Shown: positions 36,855 through 50,077, counted from the first letter of the whole stretch. The stretch: 62,973 bases of DNA, filler included, from Thraustochytrium aureum (GCA_012862495.1; 5 parts of 3 records of this genome joined end to end with filler, not necessarily neighbours in it); one strand, 5' to 3'. Notes: a model not told the origin generated them from the sequence alone. Translations and numbers: made by a program.

Positions 36855-39609
36855 ATGCACCAAGCAGACACGCACGAGCTCACGGAGACGCGCGAAAATG
36901 TGGACGACGAGGACGGCGCTGCGTACGGAGACTCCGAGTTTGAGGATGACGAAGAGGCGGCTGCAGGGTCGCTTGGTCGCGACGAGCCGGCGAGCGTCAA
37001 GGTTGACGAGGGTGCCGCCTATTGTGCTCTGCCCGCCTTGAAGGCCGAGGCCGCTGTCACGTTTGCAAGGTCCGAAAAGGAGGAAGTCAAGGCACTTGAC
37101 CTTGCAGCGCAAACGCCCCACCTCGACAAGCTCTTGAAGCGAATCAACCAGCGGCCGCAGCCCACCGCAATTCGGCAACTGCGCGAGCTTTGCCAAGCAG
37201 ACATATTCGCCCTTGGAGAGGCCTTGCGGCGCGGCGTCGTGGACGACCTGATCGAGCAGCTGCGTTGGGACGACACACGTCTCGAGGCCCTGCTGGCCCT
37301 GTGCACTCTCGCAAAGTTGTCGGAGGCGGCGCGGGAGAATGTATTTGCGCAAGGGGNNNNNNNNNNNNNNNNNNNNNNNNNNNNNNNNNNNNNNNNNNNN
37401 NNNNNNNNNNNNNNNNNNNNNNNNNNNNNNNNNNNNNNNNNNNNNNNNNNNNNNNNNNNNNNNNNNNNNNNNNNNNNNNNNNNNNNNNNNNNNNNNNNNN
37501 NNNNNNNNNNNNNNNNNNNNNNNNNNNNNNNNNNNNNNNNNNNNNNNNNNNNNNNNNNNNNNNNNNNNNNNNNNNNNNNNNNNNNNNNNNNNNNNNNNCG
37601 CATTTGAATCCAAGTCTGACTATTGGGTTGTCGGTGGCACTCTGCTGGCAACTTGCATCACCTATACCGGGTCCCAGCTCACGCCGTGCGACATGGGCAC
37701 CTTGCTGCGCGGCCTCGCCCGGCATGGGCCGCACCGCCTCGCAGTGGCCGTGTCTTGCAGCGAGGCCATATACGCCTCAACATTGTATGGCACACAGCCG
37801 GAGGGGGCGGTAGCAGATCGATTGCAAGAGACTGTGACAAGCTGTGCTGCCTCGCTGAGCGTTTTCCCGGCTTTGGCGCGTGCCTTTCGAACCGCAAACG
37901 CCGCCAGTCAACGCGTAATTCGGATTGGAGCGGTTGCACTTAGCTGCATCGCTGGGGTCCGCATGTCAGCGCAGCACGAGAAAACGCTCCTGATGGACCG
38001 CTTGAGCCCTGTCGATGCCCAAGACCCACGGCTGGCCGAGCTCTTGGAGACGTACCAGAACGAAATCCAACCGCATCCAAGCCGCAAGCCTTGCGTAGTG
38101 GCGATGCGACGCCCCACTGAGCACCAAAGGCCGCCCTGCCGGGTTCCTGGAAAGCGCACGGCTGTCCTGAGCAAACCAAGATCACGTGAGACGGCTCTGG
38201 CCTCTCCTGCTGCAGCTATTGCGAACGTCACGAAGCCGACACGTGGCGCCGACTGCGTCGCTGCTCGAAGCCGCCCGTCGTCGGCAAGCACGGTGCGAGC
38301 TATCTCAACAAGGCTCGGGCCGGCTCCGAACCTAAGCATGGCACCAATTCTCAAAGCTTCGCCGCGACAACTTGTGGCAACAGATGCAACAATGCGACCG
38401 GCTAGTGCCGGCCCAGCCTCCCCAAGCGTTGTTTTTCTCGGTTCGCGGCGCGCGCGGTCCAGCCGCCCAAAGACTGCGAGCGCATCAAGGCAAAAACAAA
38501 TCAAGAGCACTGCAAAACCCGCGCCGAGAGCGCGTCGCATTGGACCTGGGGGCTGGGAATCTGCTGCTCGGCGCGTAAAGCAGAGCAATCGGAGTTGTAC
38601 GAGCGCTAGTGGCCTGTACGTTCTGCAGCGGGCCGTTGACGCCGTGGCCCCAGGCGCGTTCTCTGAGGCCGAACTTGAGTCTGCTACTCGCTCTCAAGGT
38701 CGCGGCCGCAGAGCCAGGACAGGACCGCCCTTGAGCCCAAGCAATCCTGGCCATGAATCCAGGTCAAAGGACCTTGAGATTAGCATGGTGGACCTCTTGG
38801 CCGAATTTGATGTTCTGGATGCAGAGGAGGTTGCCTGCAACAGCCGTGCACTGGATGATTTTGAGACCTCTCCAGCAGACCGTGCTTCGTTGCAGAACGC
38901 ACCAGCACCACCCCGTTCCTCTGCTCTCGCGGCAGATGGCGCCAAGGTTTGTCGCGGAAATACCAAAAGGAGCAAAGCGCTTCAGAGTTCGCGACTGGTC
39001 GAGGGAGTGGGGAGCAGCTCAAACGCCAAGTACGCTGCGCGTCTAGAGAGCTTTCAGGCGGGGCTGTCGTTCGCAGAACGGCTTCGCGAGATGATCCAAG
39101 AAACCCAAGCTCAGCTTGAAATCTCTGCTGCGCCTCGTCAATCCGAACAACGCGTCGGCAGCGACCAGGCGTCTTTGGACAGCCACCACGAAGCCCATGT
39201 CGGGATCTCAACCGAGCCCACGCGCGACCAAGAAACGGAGCAACGACGCGACTTGGATCCGCGACCTTCGGCTGAAACGCTGCCGCAAACGAGATTCACC
39301 AACGAGGTCGGCAGTGACGGCAAGAGCGCTTCTGGCGAGGAGAGCTGCTGGGAGAGTGCAAGTGACCTGTCTGCCGGCGGCGGCCCGTCCATCGATGAGC
39401 AAGCGGACGTCACTCAATCAGAGCCGCATTCTCCGTGCGAGGAACAACAAGCACAGCCGGCCCCTGCTGTCGTCGTCACCGAGATCGAATCTTTTTGCAG
39501 AAGCAAAGCCAACCTTGAAGGCGCAGAGGCGACAGCGCAAGCAGCGCTCGAAGCGAGCGCAATCATAATCCAAAGCACCTTCCGCGGGATGGCTGCCCGG
39601 CGCTGTTGA
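36855..39609 (+). CDS. Hypothetical protein with a helical (ARM-like) N-terminal region and a C-terminal IQ motif (spans a gap)
   Basis: Open frames on both sides of the 37357-37598 gap; ends IIIQSTFRGMAARRC, matching IQxxxRGxxxR. Confidence 0.65.
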
Positions 39610-39653
39610 CACAAAACCGTCGAATTGATTTTTCTTATGACTGGGTCACCCCG

Positions 39654-41336
39654 CTAAAGCCCCCGGCCGTCCTCAGAGGCAGCGCTGCTCTGGCCGTTGC
39701 CCTGCGCGTCCTCTGCGTCAGAGTGCTCAGACGCCTCGTCTTCGACATCTGAACAGTCCCTGTTCGCGCTTGGCAACACAAGTCGTGCGCCCTCGCTTCG
39801 CGCGTGAAAAGCGTCGCTGCTGCCGGAGCAGCCTCGCTGGCGGGCTGCCGATGCCAGCTTATCGCGAACGAGGCCGTCCCGACAGGCGAGCTCGCGGTGC
39901 GCCATCAGGTCGCACAAGGGCACGCGCGCCCCGCATCCAAAGCGACAAGTAACGAGTCGGCTCAAACACTCGAGCTCCAAATGGCGCACCATCTCTGCAC
40001 GCTTTACAGAAGCGCCACACCCGTTGGGACAGCTTGTCGGCTCGTTTGAAAACTTGACGCCATTTGCAACTTGGAAGCGCTTGCGCTCCGCGCCAGGGCA
40101 CTCGTCCTCAAGGTGTGGTTGCAAGGCTCGCGCAGAGATCAATTCATGGGGTTGCAGGTTGCAGTCAACCCCGGCAAAAGGGCACCGCACCATGCGCAGA
40201 GGGCAGTTCGACTCGAGGTGCTCTTGCATGCGGACCTTGCGCACAAGCTCTCCGCATTGGTTTGTACAAGGCACGAGCTCTGGCTGCCGACCACGTGCCT
40301 CCGCAAGGGCAGCCAGCCCCTCCCGCTTCACGGCAACAAGGCATCGAGGGACGCTGTGGATTGTGTAGTAGAGGTCCTGGCGCTGGTGCCGCAAGCGGTC
40401 TGCAAAGCAGATGCTCTCGCCACAGTCGCACTCAATAAAGCGCCTCGCGCACACTTCCTGGCAATGATGCGAAGCCTCCGACTGGGACACGAGTTGACCG
40501 CAACCAAAGGGGCAACGTGTGCTCGGTTTTTGTCGCTGCTCTCGCTGTTTGATGAGCTCGTCACGGCGACCAACCACGGGGCACTCTGATGCCATGTGCT
40601 CACGGAGCTCGCAAAAGGGTACGTCAGCGGCCCCACACCCGGCCGTGCATGGGACAGGGCGGCGCGAGCACTCGCTGTTCATGTGCCAGCGCAGCTCAGC
40701 GCGAATAACGGCTGCCGTGCAACGCGGACAAGATGTCGACTCTGTGCGAGCAGCTCTAAACTTGGCTGCTAGATCGGCGCGGTTGGCTTGCGCATGGCAT
40801 TCGTTCGCGAGGTGGTCTTGGAGGCACACGATTGGAATGTGAGCCGTGCAGCCGGCAGCCGCGTTTGTGCAGGCTACTGTCCGGGCAGGGCACACCTCGG
40901 CGTGGGCCTTGCGCTGGCTGGCCGTGTGACCGCTCGGTCCCTGGCACGCGCGGCACCTTGCCTCCGCACGCGCCTCTGCGCTCTTGAGCAAAACCTTGCG
41001 CCGCTGCACCGCTCTGCAAAGCTGTGTTTCGTGCCAACGCTGTTCGTGAGCGGCGAGCGTCTGCCCGCATCCCGGGTTGCGGCACGAAACTGAACGATTC
41101 GGACACGAGCTCCTCGCGTGCTCACTGAGCTTAGAGGCGCTCAGTTGGGCACCGCAGTCATAGCACACCGTGACTTCGCCGCGATGCGTCACGTCTGCGC
41201 CAATAACCTCTACATCCGCTTGCGCGTGCTGCACCAAAAGCTGATCATCGCAGGCGCGGCTTGCATCGTCAAGTCGTGCCGAGTCGCGCCCCCTTCGCGG
41301 CCGTCCAATCTCTGCAGGCAAGAACGCGAGCGGCAT
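39654..41336 (-). CDS. Protein with multiple TRAF-type zinc fingers
   Basis: Repeated CxxxC...H...C-P-x-R-x-V-x-C units along the whole ORF. Confidence 0.88.
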   Translation of the reverse strand: MPLAFLPAEIGRPRRGRDSARLDDASRACDDQLLVQHAQADVEVIGADVTHRGEVTVCYDCGAQLSASKLSEHARSSCPNRSVSCRNPGCGQTLAAHEQRWHETQLCRAVQRRKVLLKSAEARAEARCRACQGPSGHTASQRKAHAEVCPARTVACTNAAAGCTAHIPIVCLQDHLANECHAQANRADLAAKFRAARTESTSCPRCTAAVIRAELRWHMNSECSRRPVPCTAGCGAADVPFCELREHMASECPVVGRRDELIKQREQRQKPSTRCPFGCGQLVSQSEASHHCQEVCARRFIECDCGESICFADRLRHQRQDLYYTIHSVPRCLVAVKREGLAALAEARGRQPELVPCTNQCGELVRKVRMQEHLESNCPLRMVRCPFAGVDCNLQPHELISARALQPHLEDECPGAERKRFQVANGVKFSNEPTSCPNGCGASVKRAEMVRHLELECLSRLVTCRFGCGARVPLCDLMAHRELACRDGLVRDKLASAARQRGCSGSSDAFHARSEGARLVLPSANRDCSDVEDEASEHSDAEDAQGNGQSSAASEDGRGL

Positions 41337-41835
41337 GACAGATCGCCGCCGAACTAAACCCAAACCGGCGCGGCGCGCCCAGCCTTTGCCAGCTCGATCA
41401 CAGCCGCATCACCAGTGCAACCCGAGCGTGGTGGCGCGCTATCAATGACGATACAAAACAAGCTCGAGTCGATGTTGACCGACTTTTGACTGAGTTTCAC
41501 CCAGGGCCGCGCTAGTTCAGCTGCATCCTTGCGTGCTGCCCGGCTCGACGTGTCCATGGATGGCCCTGTGCCTCGTCCCGCTCTGGGCGGTTGATGGAGA
41601 GAGATTGCCGTTGGAAAAGGATGTATCCGGTAGGTCCGTTGGACCCGAGAAGAGGATGTTGCGCATTGGAAAAAGTGGGCTCGTGCTCGAGCTTGCCGGC
41701 GCGCTGGCCAAGCTGCATTTAATGCATGCCTGATGGCGCTCTACGAGGTGGGAATGCAATGGGCGAGGTGGCAGGCTGCGGGCGCGCGTTGGGGACAACG
41801 GCTCCGCTCGCTGTGCTTCCGGGAGTGCGCTCCAC

Positions 41836-44800
41836 TCAAACGGGGCTTGGCGCGCTTGCGCAGTCCAGGTCCACCCCGGGCGCCGTCGGCGTCGCCTCAG
41901 CCGCGGGCGGCGGAGCGGCGGCTGGGACGCCCAGGCCCCTGATCCGCGACGCGAGCGAGTGCATTCGGTGCAGCGCCTCGGCGCTGAGCGAGCCGCCCTC
42001 AATTGCGTCTGCGATCTCATCCAGTTCACTGGCAAGGTCGCAGAGTGCTCCGGCTTGCGACTGCTGGACCCGCGAAGCAGGGCGCGCTTGCACCGCCTTA
42101 TTCTTCACGAGGCGCTTACCGACCTGATAGGTCAGGCCGCCTTGGCGCACCCTGTCGGCGAACCGCGCATAGAGGACGGCGCAAATGTACTTGCGGCGCT
42201 TGCGCGCAATTTCATGCAAGCCTTCGGTTGTGCCGGGCCAAAAGTTGGCAGTGAACTCGCTGTGATGCGCTCGCACCGCCCAGAGCATCAAACTGAACGC
42301 GTACCGCGAGCACCGATGCGCCGACGTGCTTGGCCTGAGGGCGCCGTGCTTGACAAAGCGCTCCATTAGCGACGGTCTCACAATGAGATGTCCGTCAGTG
42401 TCGAGCAAGACCTCGATGCCGACGTGAAAGTAGCCCCGAAACCAGGGCCAGGACAAGACGGAGAGCGGGGGTGTCTTGGGAATAAAGTCTGTCGAGTTGA
42501 CGAATCGGTGTGTCGCAGGCACGAGGGCGTCGTAGCGGCGCGCGAAGGCAAAGTTGCCGGTGCGCGGCGAGCCAAACGTTGTTGAACACACAGCAGCCGC
42601 GCTGGAGGCGCGGCCTACGCGGATCTGCGCAGCCAAGTCGAACGCGCAGAGCGTGGCAAGCCCTCCGCCCAGGCTGTGGCCTGTGCAATGCACAACCCTT
42701 GGGCGCGCAGAAGCAAATACAAGGCGGTGAAGGACGGCCATCAGTTCGTCGCGAACTGCTTCGTAGGCTTGCAGAAACCCGGCATGCACGCAAGCCGAAA
42801 GGCCCCGCGAGCCGATGTACTCCTCCGCTGCCGAGGCCGGGAGCAAGGCAACAAGCTCGGGGTCGTTCGCGATCGGCCAGGGCGCTAGGTTAACTTGAAG
42901 GTCAGTGCGTGCGTTGGCTTCGCTGGCTGTGCCCCGAAATGCCACAAAGACGCGGTCGCTGCATGACGCAACGACGCAATGCGTGTCGGTGGGGCGGTGC
43001 CAGATGTGGCGCTCAAATTCGATCGCCGGGTCCTCGATCAGAGCGCGCTCTTGTGCTTCGGTCTTGGGCTTCGTCTCGGAGGAGACCAAATACGTCAGGA
43101 AAGTCAAGTTGTAGGCGCGCACCTCGCTCTCCAGAACGATAACGTGAAGATCGCGGACTTGGCGCACGAAAGGCGGTTCGTCACGAGACTGGCGCCCGAG
43201 TTGTGCCTCGGGCAGCTCTGACTTGGCCTCGCCCAAGAAACGTTGAAAGTTGCGCTGGCTTGCCTTTTGGCAAAACGTGGCAATATGGCGGTGCAACACC
43301 TTGGGGGTTGCATTCACCGCTCTACTAGCATCGGCGTAGGTGTTGGCGCGGGGTGGCTGCCGCAGCGAGCGCATGGCAAACGGCGCCCGCTCCCCCCCGC
43401 GCATACTGCCGACATTGTTAGCAAGCTCCTGTAACGCGTTGTACATCGGGGCGGCCTTGAGGAGGTCAACGACGGCCTGCTCCGAGCCGAGGTACATGGG
43501 ACGGCGCGAGATATGCACGTCGTACTCTTTGTAAACGCGCTCGCGAAGCTTAGCACCGCGCACCCGGTGCTCGCGTTTGGAGCCGGGGGTTGCAGCACGG
43601 GCACTCCTGGCCCGCATTTGGATTGCCGCCTGGCCGTCCAGCGCGCTTGCTCGTTGAGGGCGTGGGCAAAACCATCCGTACAGCTTGTCGGCATCAGCCG
43701 GCAGCATGCTAAGCGAGAGGATGAAGACCGTCCAGGCCGAAATGAGCCCAAAGTAGTAGACCGCGAGGTTGGACGGGTGGATGCCGATGTGGGAGAGCGG
43801 CCCACTCAGCTCGGGGCTAGCCACAAACCCGGTGGTCAGCACCAGCGGCTCGATCGAGGCAACAATGGTCGCCATCAGCAGGCTGACAAACATGCCGAAG
43901 AGCTGTTGCGTGCGCACGAACAGGAAGAGCACCTGCCGGTCGCGCGTGGCGTAGTAGGGCACCCTCGACAGCGTCAGCTTGGTCGCCTTGTGCACCCGTG
44001 CCGCATAAAGAATAGCAAGCATCTCGAAAGCAAAGATAACAGACTGGGAAATGGCCCGGGAGAAGGGCATGTCCGAGGCGCAAACGGATTTGAGCGACGG
44101 CGCCGCTCGCTTGGATGCACAAACTCGCAAAACCGAGATGATCCCCACAATCGGGTACACGCTTGGCACAAAGTCAAAGATGAGCGACAGCGCGATGTTG
44201 AGGACAACGAGGATGCCGAGTAAGACGAACCCAATGACGAGGTCGGAGGGAAGCCACTTGTGGTGCAGCACTTTGCTGGTGCCCTCGCGGGCGTTATTCT
44301 TGATGGCAGCCAGGGTCGAGACGAGCTTGTTCACAGTCCGCTCCCCGGACGGGTCTGCGCCGTCCGGGGTGGCAGCCACGTTTGCGGCTTCCGTCATGAG
44401 CGCCGGGAGATCGGGGACCTCGCCAGATTTCCCGCCAACTTGGTCCGCGTTGCCCGCGCCGAGCCCTTGCCCGATCAGGTACGCCTCCTCCTGCGCGCTC
44501 ACGGAGCGCTGCGTTACGTGGGCGAGCATGGACCCGATCGCAAGGAAGGCGTACTCGGTGGTGATTCCAAGGAGAGCAAAGATGCGCAGCCGTTCCTGGT
44601 CGCCAGCATGCGAGAACTTGACGAAAAAGCTTGGCTCTCTGCCGTCCACCAAGGTGCTGTTGCTGGCCAGGGCCGCGGCGTAGCGGGACCAAAAATAGGG
44701 GAGCGACCAGACAGACATGAACGGATTGAGCTGCGAAACGAGCACGAGCGAAACGAGGACTAGTTGTTCAGGGACAGGTCGCACAGTTCCAGGTGCTCCA

Positions 44801-45254
44801 AACCAGAGCATCAGGATGCGCTGCGGAAAGGAGATGAGCAAGAAGAGCGACGTCGCGCCGGAGACGCACAGCACGGCCCCCGCGAGCGACACAGAAGGCT
44901 GGCCGAGGTCTGCGGTGCCGATCGATACGAGCGCGACGGCGTTGCCGAATGCGAAGACAACCACGAGCAATCCCCCGAAGAAGACCAGATTCAGCGTCCT
45001 CCTCGAGAACCTTTCGCACTTTAGCAGCGGCGGCGCAAGCATGCGCAGAGCGCGCCACTGGTCCTGCACGTGGGCTCCGCTGGGGGCGTCAAGCGGGTGT
45101 CGGGTCCACCCCGCCTTGTCGCCTCCAACATCGGTTTCGTCGTCGAGGCGCTCGCCTGCACTGTCCGCATCGTCATCCTGGCAGGTCAAGACCATATCGG
45201 AGGCAGCGTCGGCGCCCCCGCCACTTGCGTCGTGCGCTGTTTCATGAGGCCCCG
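41836..45254 (-). CDS. Multi-pass membrane protein with a C-terminal class 3 lipase domain (5' end may lie in the gap)
   Basis: VAFRGT, VHAGF, TGHSLGGGLA, TFGSPRTGN, DFIPKTP, YFHVG and a terminal His; about 8 TM helices upstream. Confidence 0.9.
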
Positions 45255-46067
45255 NTCGNNNNNNNNNNNNNNNNNNNNNNNNNNNNNNNNNNNNNNNNNN
45301 NNNNNNNNNNNNNNNNNNNNNNNNNNNNNNNNNNNNNNNNNNNNNNNNNNNNNNNNNNNNNNNNNNNNNNNNNNNNNNNNNNNNNNNNNNNNNNNNNNNN
45401 NNNNNNNNNNNNNNNNNNNNNNNNNNNNNNNNNNNNNNNNNNNNNNNNNNNNNNNNNNNNNNNNNNNNNNNNNNNNNNNNNNNNNNNNNNNNNNNNNNNN
45501 NNNNNNNNNNNNNNNNNNNNNNNNNNNNNNNNNNNNNNNNNNNNNNNNNNNNNNNNNNNNNNNNNNNNNNNNNNNNNNNNNNNNNNNNNNNNNNNNNNNN
45601 NNNNNNNNNNNNNNNNNNNNNNNNNNNNNNNNNNNNNNNNNNNNNNNNNNNNNNNNNNNNNNNNNNNNNNNNNNNNNNNNNNNNNNNNNNNNNNNNNNNN
45701 NNNNNNNNNNNNNNNNNNNNNNNNNNNNNNNNNNNNNNNNNNNNNNNNNNNNNNNNNNNNNNNNNNNNNNNNNNNNNNNNNNNNNNNNNNNNNNNNNNNN
45801 NNNNNNNNNNNNNNNNNNNNNNNNNNNNNNNNNNNNNNNNNNNNNNNNNNNNNNNNNNNNNNNNNNNNNNNNNNNNNNNNNNNNNNNNNNNNNNNNNNNN
45901 NNNNNNNNNNNNNNNNNNNNNNNNNNNNNNNNNNNNNNNNNNNNNNNNNNNNNNNNNNNNNNNNNNNNNNNNNNNNNNNNNNNNNNNNNNNNNNNNNNNN
46001 NNNNNNNNNNNNNNNNNNNNNNNNNNNNNNNNNNNNNNNNNNNNNNNNNNNNNNNNNNNNNNNNNNN

Positions 46068-46518
46068 GTATTGCGAGGAGATTGACGTGGGCGAGGAGGC
46101 GCCCCGCCCAATTGCGTCGGGGCTCGTGGGCTTTTACAGCGACGCGTCCGAGATCCAGGGCCGCAAAGTGCTCGTTCTGTGCAACCTCAAGCCGCGCAAC
46201 CTGGCTGGGTACAGGTCGAACGGCATGGTGCTGTGCGCCTCGAACGCAGACAAGTCCAAGGTGGAGCTCGTCGAGCCGCCCGCGGATGCCAAGGTTGGTG
46301 AGCGTATCACGTTTCAGGGCCTCGAGGGGGGGCCGTTCGAGCCAATGGGGGCCAGTGCGTTGGCCAAGAAGAAGGTCTTTGAGGCGGTTGCGCCGCAGCT
46401 CAAGACGGATGAGAGCTGCCAGCCGTGCTGGCAGGCCCCTGGCGGGTCCAAGCACGTGTTTCTCACCAGTGCGGGCCCCTGCAAGGTGCCGAGCATCGCC
46501 GGGGGCTCGGTCTCTTAA
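46068..46518 (+). CDS. EMAPII/Arc1p-like tRNA-binding OB-fold domain (3' part of a gene)
   Basis: YCEEIDVGEEAPRPIASGL, LCNLKPRNLAGYRSNGMVLCAS, VELVEPP, KKKVFE. Confidence 0.92.
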
Positions 46519-46645
46519 TGGCTACGAAAAAGCGGGGGGCAAGCAGCGGCTGCTCGTGCATCCGAGCAAGCAATGAGAGACACGAAGGAAAGGGTCCCAA
46601 GAAAAAAAAGGTATGCCCACGCTGCTGCTGCGCGCAATTTTCGTT

Positions 46646-48491
46646 TCACCCTTGCCTGTTGAACTCTGCGCAGCTCGCGCGTGTGAGCGCCTGCGCGAGA
46701 GCGCGGCTCACCAGAGCGGCCCCCATCGCCTTCGCCCCAGTCTCCGGGGCGGCGGCTGCTCGAGCCGAAGGCGCCGAGGCCTTGCCGAGGCCCGCCACTA
46801 TGGCGGCAGATGCAGCGGCCACGGCCGCCGCCCTGTTCTGCTGATCGAGAAGGCGCCGATGAAGACCAGACTCGATCTCAGCCCGGATCCGCCGCTCCTG
46901 CTCGTCAAGCTTGGCCTGCAGCGAGGCTTCCATAGCGCGGCGGAACTCGGCCATCTCGAGGCGCATCCTCCCGCGCTCGTGCTCGAGCGCTGCGTCCAGC
47001 TGGTTGCGGTCGGTGGTGCGGCGTGCGATTTGCACGTTGGCGAAGCCGAAGCGCAGCGCGTCGCGCACCACGGTGCGGGCGGCGGCGCTGACGCACTGCT
47101 TGCGGACCGCCTCCTTTTCGCGCTCGAAGCGGCGGTGCGCCTCCGACTGGAACGGTCCGAAGAGTGGCAAAATGGCAGCCTCGGCGGGGTGCGCGCGCTC
47201 GCGTGCCACTTCGTCGCGCGCGTCTGCGTTGAGCTGGTCGATGCGCGTTTGCCAGAGCGTGCGGCGCGCGAGCCGCTTTTGCTCGAGCTCGATGCGCCGA
47301 AACTTGACCTTGCACTTGAGGTCGTCGCGCTTACGCTCGAGGTCGCCCACCGCTCTCTGCCGCGATGCGGGTCTGAGCCGTTGCTGAGGGTCAAGCGTCG
47401 CGAGCCGCGTCGTAAACCTGGCCTCCACATCTGCAAGCGCCTTTTCGGCAAACTGTAGCGCCGCCTCGCTGGCTTGGATGTCTTGGTCCATTCGTACGAG
47501 GCGAGCGGGCGGGTTGCGCCGCAAAGCGTGGACGTCGGCGGCCGAGAGCGGGGGAAGTCGGCGCGCGTGCACCCTTTCTTTGGGAGCCAACTCGGGCGCG
47601 CGGAGGCCGAGTGGGCGTTTGCGTCGCAGGCGAGGCTTGTCCGAGGCGCGGGCGACTGCTGTGGCGAGTCGCGACTTTTCGAACTCTTGGTGCTGCGTCT
47701 CGATGTCGCGTGCGACGTCAGCCTCGGCAGCGCGGCACGCTTCGGCGCGCAAGAACCGGTCTTCCTCTGCCAAGAGCATCGTTTGGGCTGCAGCGACACG
47801 GCGCGGGTCAAGGAAAGGCAAGTTTGCGGGCGGGGCGGCGGCGCGCTGCTGGCGCTCTGGCGCGGGTTGGCTTGGCTTGTGCTGGAATTCTGGTGACCCC
47901 GCGGCGGGCAGCCCCGACTGTGTCAAGAAGGGGTTGCGCTTGAGCTGAAAGTTTTCGACGGCGAGGCCCATGTAGGTGGCGAGTCTCACGCGCAGCGACT
48001 TGACGCCGGCCAAGAAAGCGGTGTCCTGGACCATTTTGAGCAGGTAGTTGCCGCCCTCGTACACGAACGGCAGCGGCTCGGCGGCGCACCGCTGCCACCG
48101 CGCGATGGCCTCGCAGCTCTTGACCGCGAGCCGCGCCAATTCTTGCACCACTGCCGCACACGTCGGCTGGATCGTGGGACGCTTTAAACCCTGCGGCAGC
48201 TCGTCGCACCCTCTCCAGGTGGGATTCGCGCTCCAATACGGTTTTAAGCACGTTGAGCTCGACGTCCTTGAACTGGTCTTCAAGGACCTGTACAGACAGG
48301 CGCAGCGCTATCTCGTCCTTGGTCACCGGCCCTCGCCTCTCGCGACTCGTTCGTCTGTCCCTGGCCGCCACCAGCGCCTTGGTGGGGCGTTCGTCGCGTG
48401 TCTTTATCAAATTGGGGATCCCTGGCCCGACGGCCGTGGAGGAGCCGTCCCATTCTGGCCTTGACCTCCGCGTCGGCCGTCGAGCCGCCAT
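46646..48491 (-). CDS. Hypothetical coiled-coil protein (frameshift near 48200)
   Basis: Overlapping ORFs; globular-looking block EAIARW..PFVYEGGNYLLKM..FL..RNPF followed by E/R/A-rich heptads. Confidence 0.65.
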
Positions 48492-48534
48492 CCGTCAAAG
48501 ATGCCAGAATCAGGCTAGAACTCAATCGCCAGCC

Positions 48535-48634
48535 NNNNNNNNNNNNNNNNNNNNNNNNNNNNNNNNNNNNNNNNNNNNTTAATTAATTAANNNNNNNNNN
48601 NNNNNNNNNNNNNNNNNNNNNNNNNNNNNNNNNN
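48535..48634. other. Artificial scaffold linker
   Basis: N44-TTAATTAATTAA-N44. Confidence 0.95.
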
Positions 48635-49095
48635 GCGTCCGGGGGCGTTGCCGAGCAGGTTGCCTTTGTCAAGGCTTGGGCGGCGGGCCGCGGGCTAGAG
48701 GTCGCGGAGCTGGGACTGGGCCTGGGGCTGGCGCTTGAATCGTGAGGCCCCGCGCGGGTGCGGCCTGACAGGCAGGCTTGCGCTCGCCGTCGACGAGAGT
48801 CGCGCGAGCGCATGTTGCTTGCGTTGCGCGCACGCGTGGCGAGGCCCTGCTCTGCACTGGCAGGCGGCTCACGCGGCCGCGCTCTCTTGTCGGCACAATT
48901 GCAAAAGAATATTTTGTGTTTGTGTTGACTTGTTCCTCCCACAAGCTTGCCTTTCTGACCCTTGCCCTCCAGCGCATATTGTTCGTGGACGCTTGCGAAC
49001 CAGAGCAAATCGAGCTAGATGGAGCAGGGTCGCGACAGTGGCGCCGGCGCGGAACCGCTGCACGCATGCCCGCACGTGCCAAAGACAAGTCAAGA

Positions 49096-49541
49096 TCAAG
49101 CCAAAAAGCGTTTCTGCCTCTGGCGCTCGCGCTGCACAGTCTCGTCGAGGCGGTTCTCGAGCTCGGCCAGCGCACTCGAGCTGAGCACCAACGTCTCGTA
49201 CTGGAGGAGGTCATACACGTTGGCCTCGAGGGAGGTGAAGCAGCGCGCAAACTTGAGGTTGCTGGTGGCGCGCATGAAGGCCTCGTCGGGCTCGACAGAG
49301 TCCACGAAGGCTGTCTTGCGCCAGCCGCGCTCGCTCAGAATGGCCTCAACGTACTTTGTCTTCCAGACCCCAGCCGTGCCCTCGCGGTCCTCGCTCTCCT
49401 CCTGGGCTGCGCTAGGAGCGGAGAAGGATTCAACCACAAACACTTTGCCCTCGATGAACCGCGCTGTGAGGACCGCGCGCATGCCAAAGCGGCGGATCTT
49501 CTTTGGCAATTTGAACGAGTAGTCGGGGTTGTCGGGGCCGT
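49096..49541 (-). CDS. MRPL4: Bacterial-type (probably mitochondrial) ribosomal protein uL4, C-terminal part
   Basis: GP..DYSFKLPKKIRR, WKTK, RATSNL, NVYDLLQYETLVLS. The 5' half lies in the gap. Confidence 0.88.
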
Positions 49542-50077
49542 NNNNNNNNNNNNNNNNNNNNNNNNNNNNNNNNNNNNNNNNNNNNNNNNNNNNNNNNNNN
49601 NNNNNNNNNNNNNNNNNNNNNNNNNNNNNNNNNNNNNNNNNNNNNNNNNNNNNNNNNNNNNNNNNNNNNNNNNNNNNNNNNNNNNNNNNNNNNNNNNNNN
49701 NNNNNNNNNNNNNNNNNNNNNNNNNNNNNNNNNNNNNNNNNNNNNNNNNNNNNNNNNNNNNNNNNNNNNNNNNNNNNNNNNNNNNNNNNNNNNNNNNNNN
49801 NNNNNNNNNNNNNNNNNNNNNNNNNNNNNNNNNNNNNNNNNNNNNNNNNNNNNNNNNNNNNNNNNNNNNNNNNNNNNNNNNNNNNNNNNNNNNNNNNNNN
49901 NNNNNNNNNNNNNNNNNNNNNNNNNNNNNNNNNNNNNNNNNNNNNNNNNNNNNNNNNNNNNNNNNNNNNNNNNNNNNNNNNNNNNNNNNNNNNNNNGTGC
50001 CTGCGTGCCTGCGTGCGCGGCGCTCTGCCCTCACTCGCTCTGTCCTCTGCAGCTCCCGCTGTCCGTCGCCCAAATGC

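Noticed and set aside
41836..46455. 1539-aa ORF
   Set aside because: Artefact of reading through Ns; its start is antisense to the tRNA-binding-domain gene.
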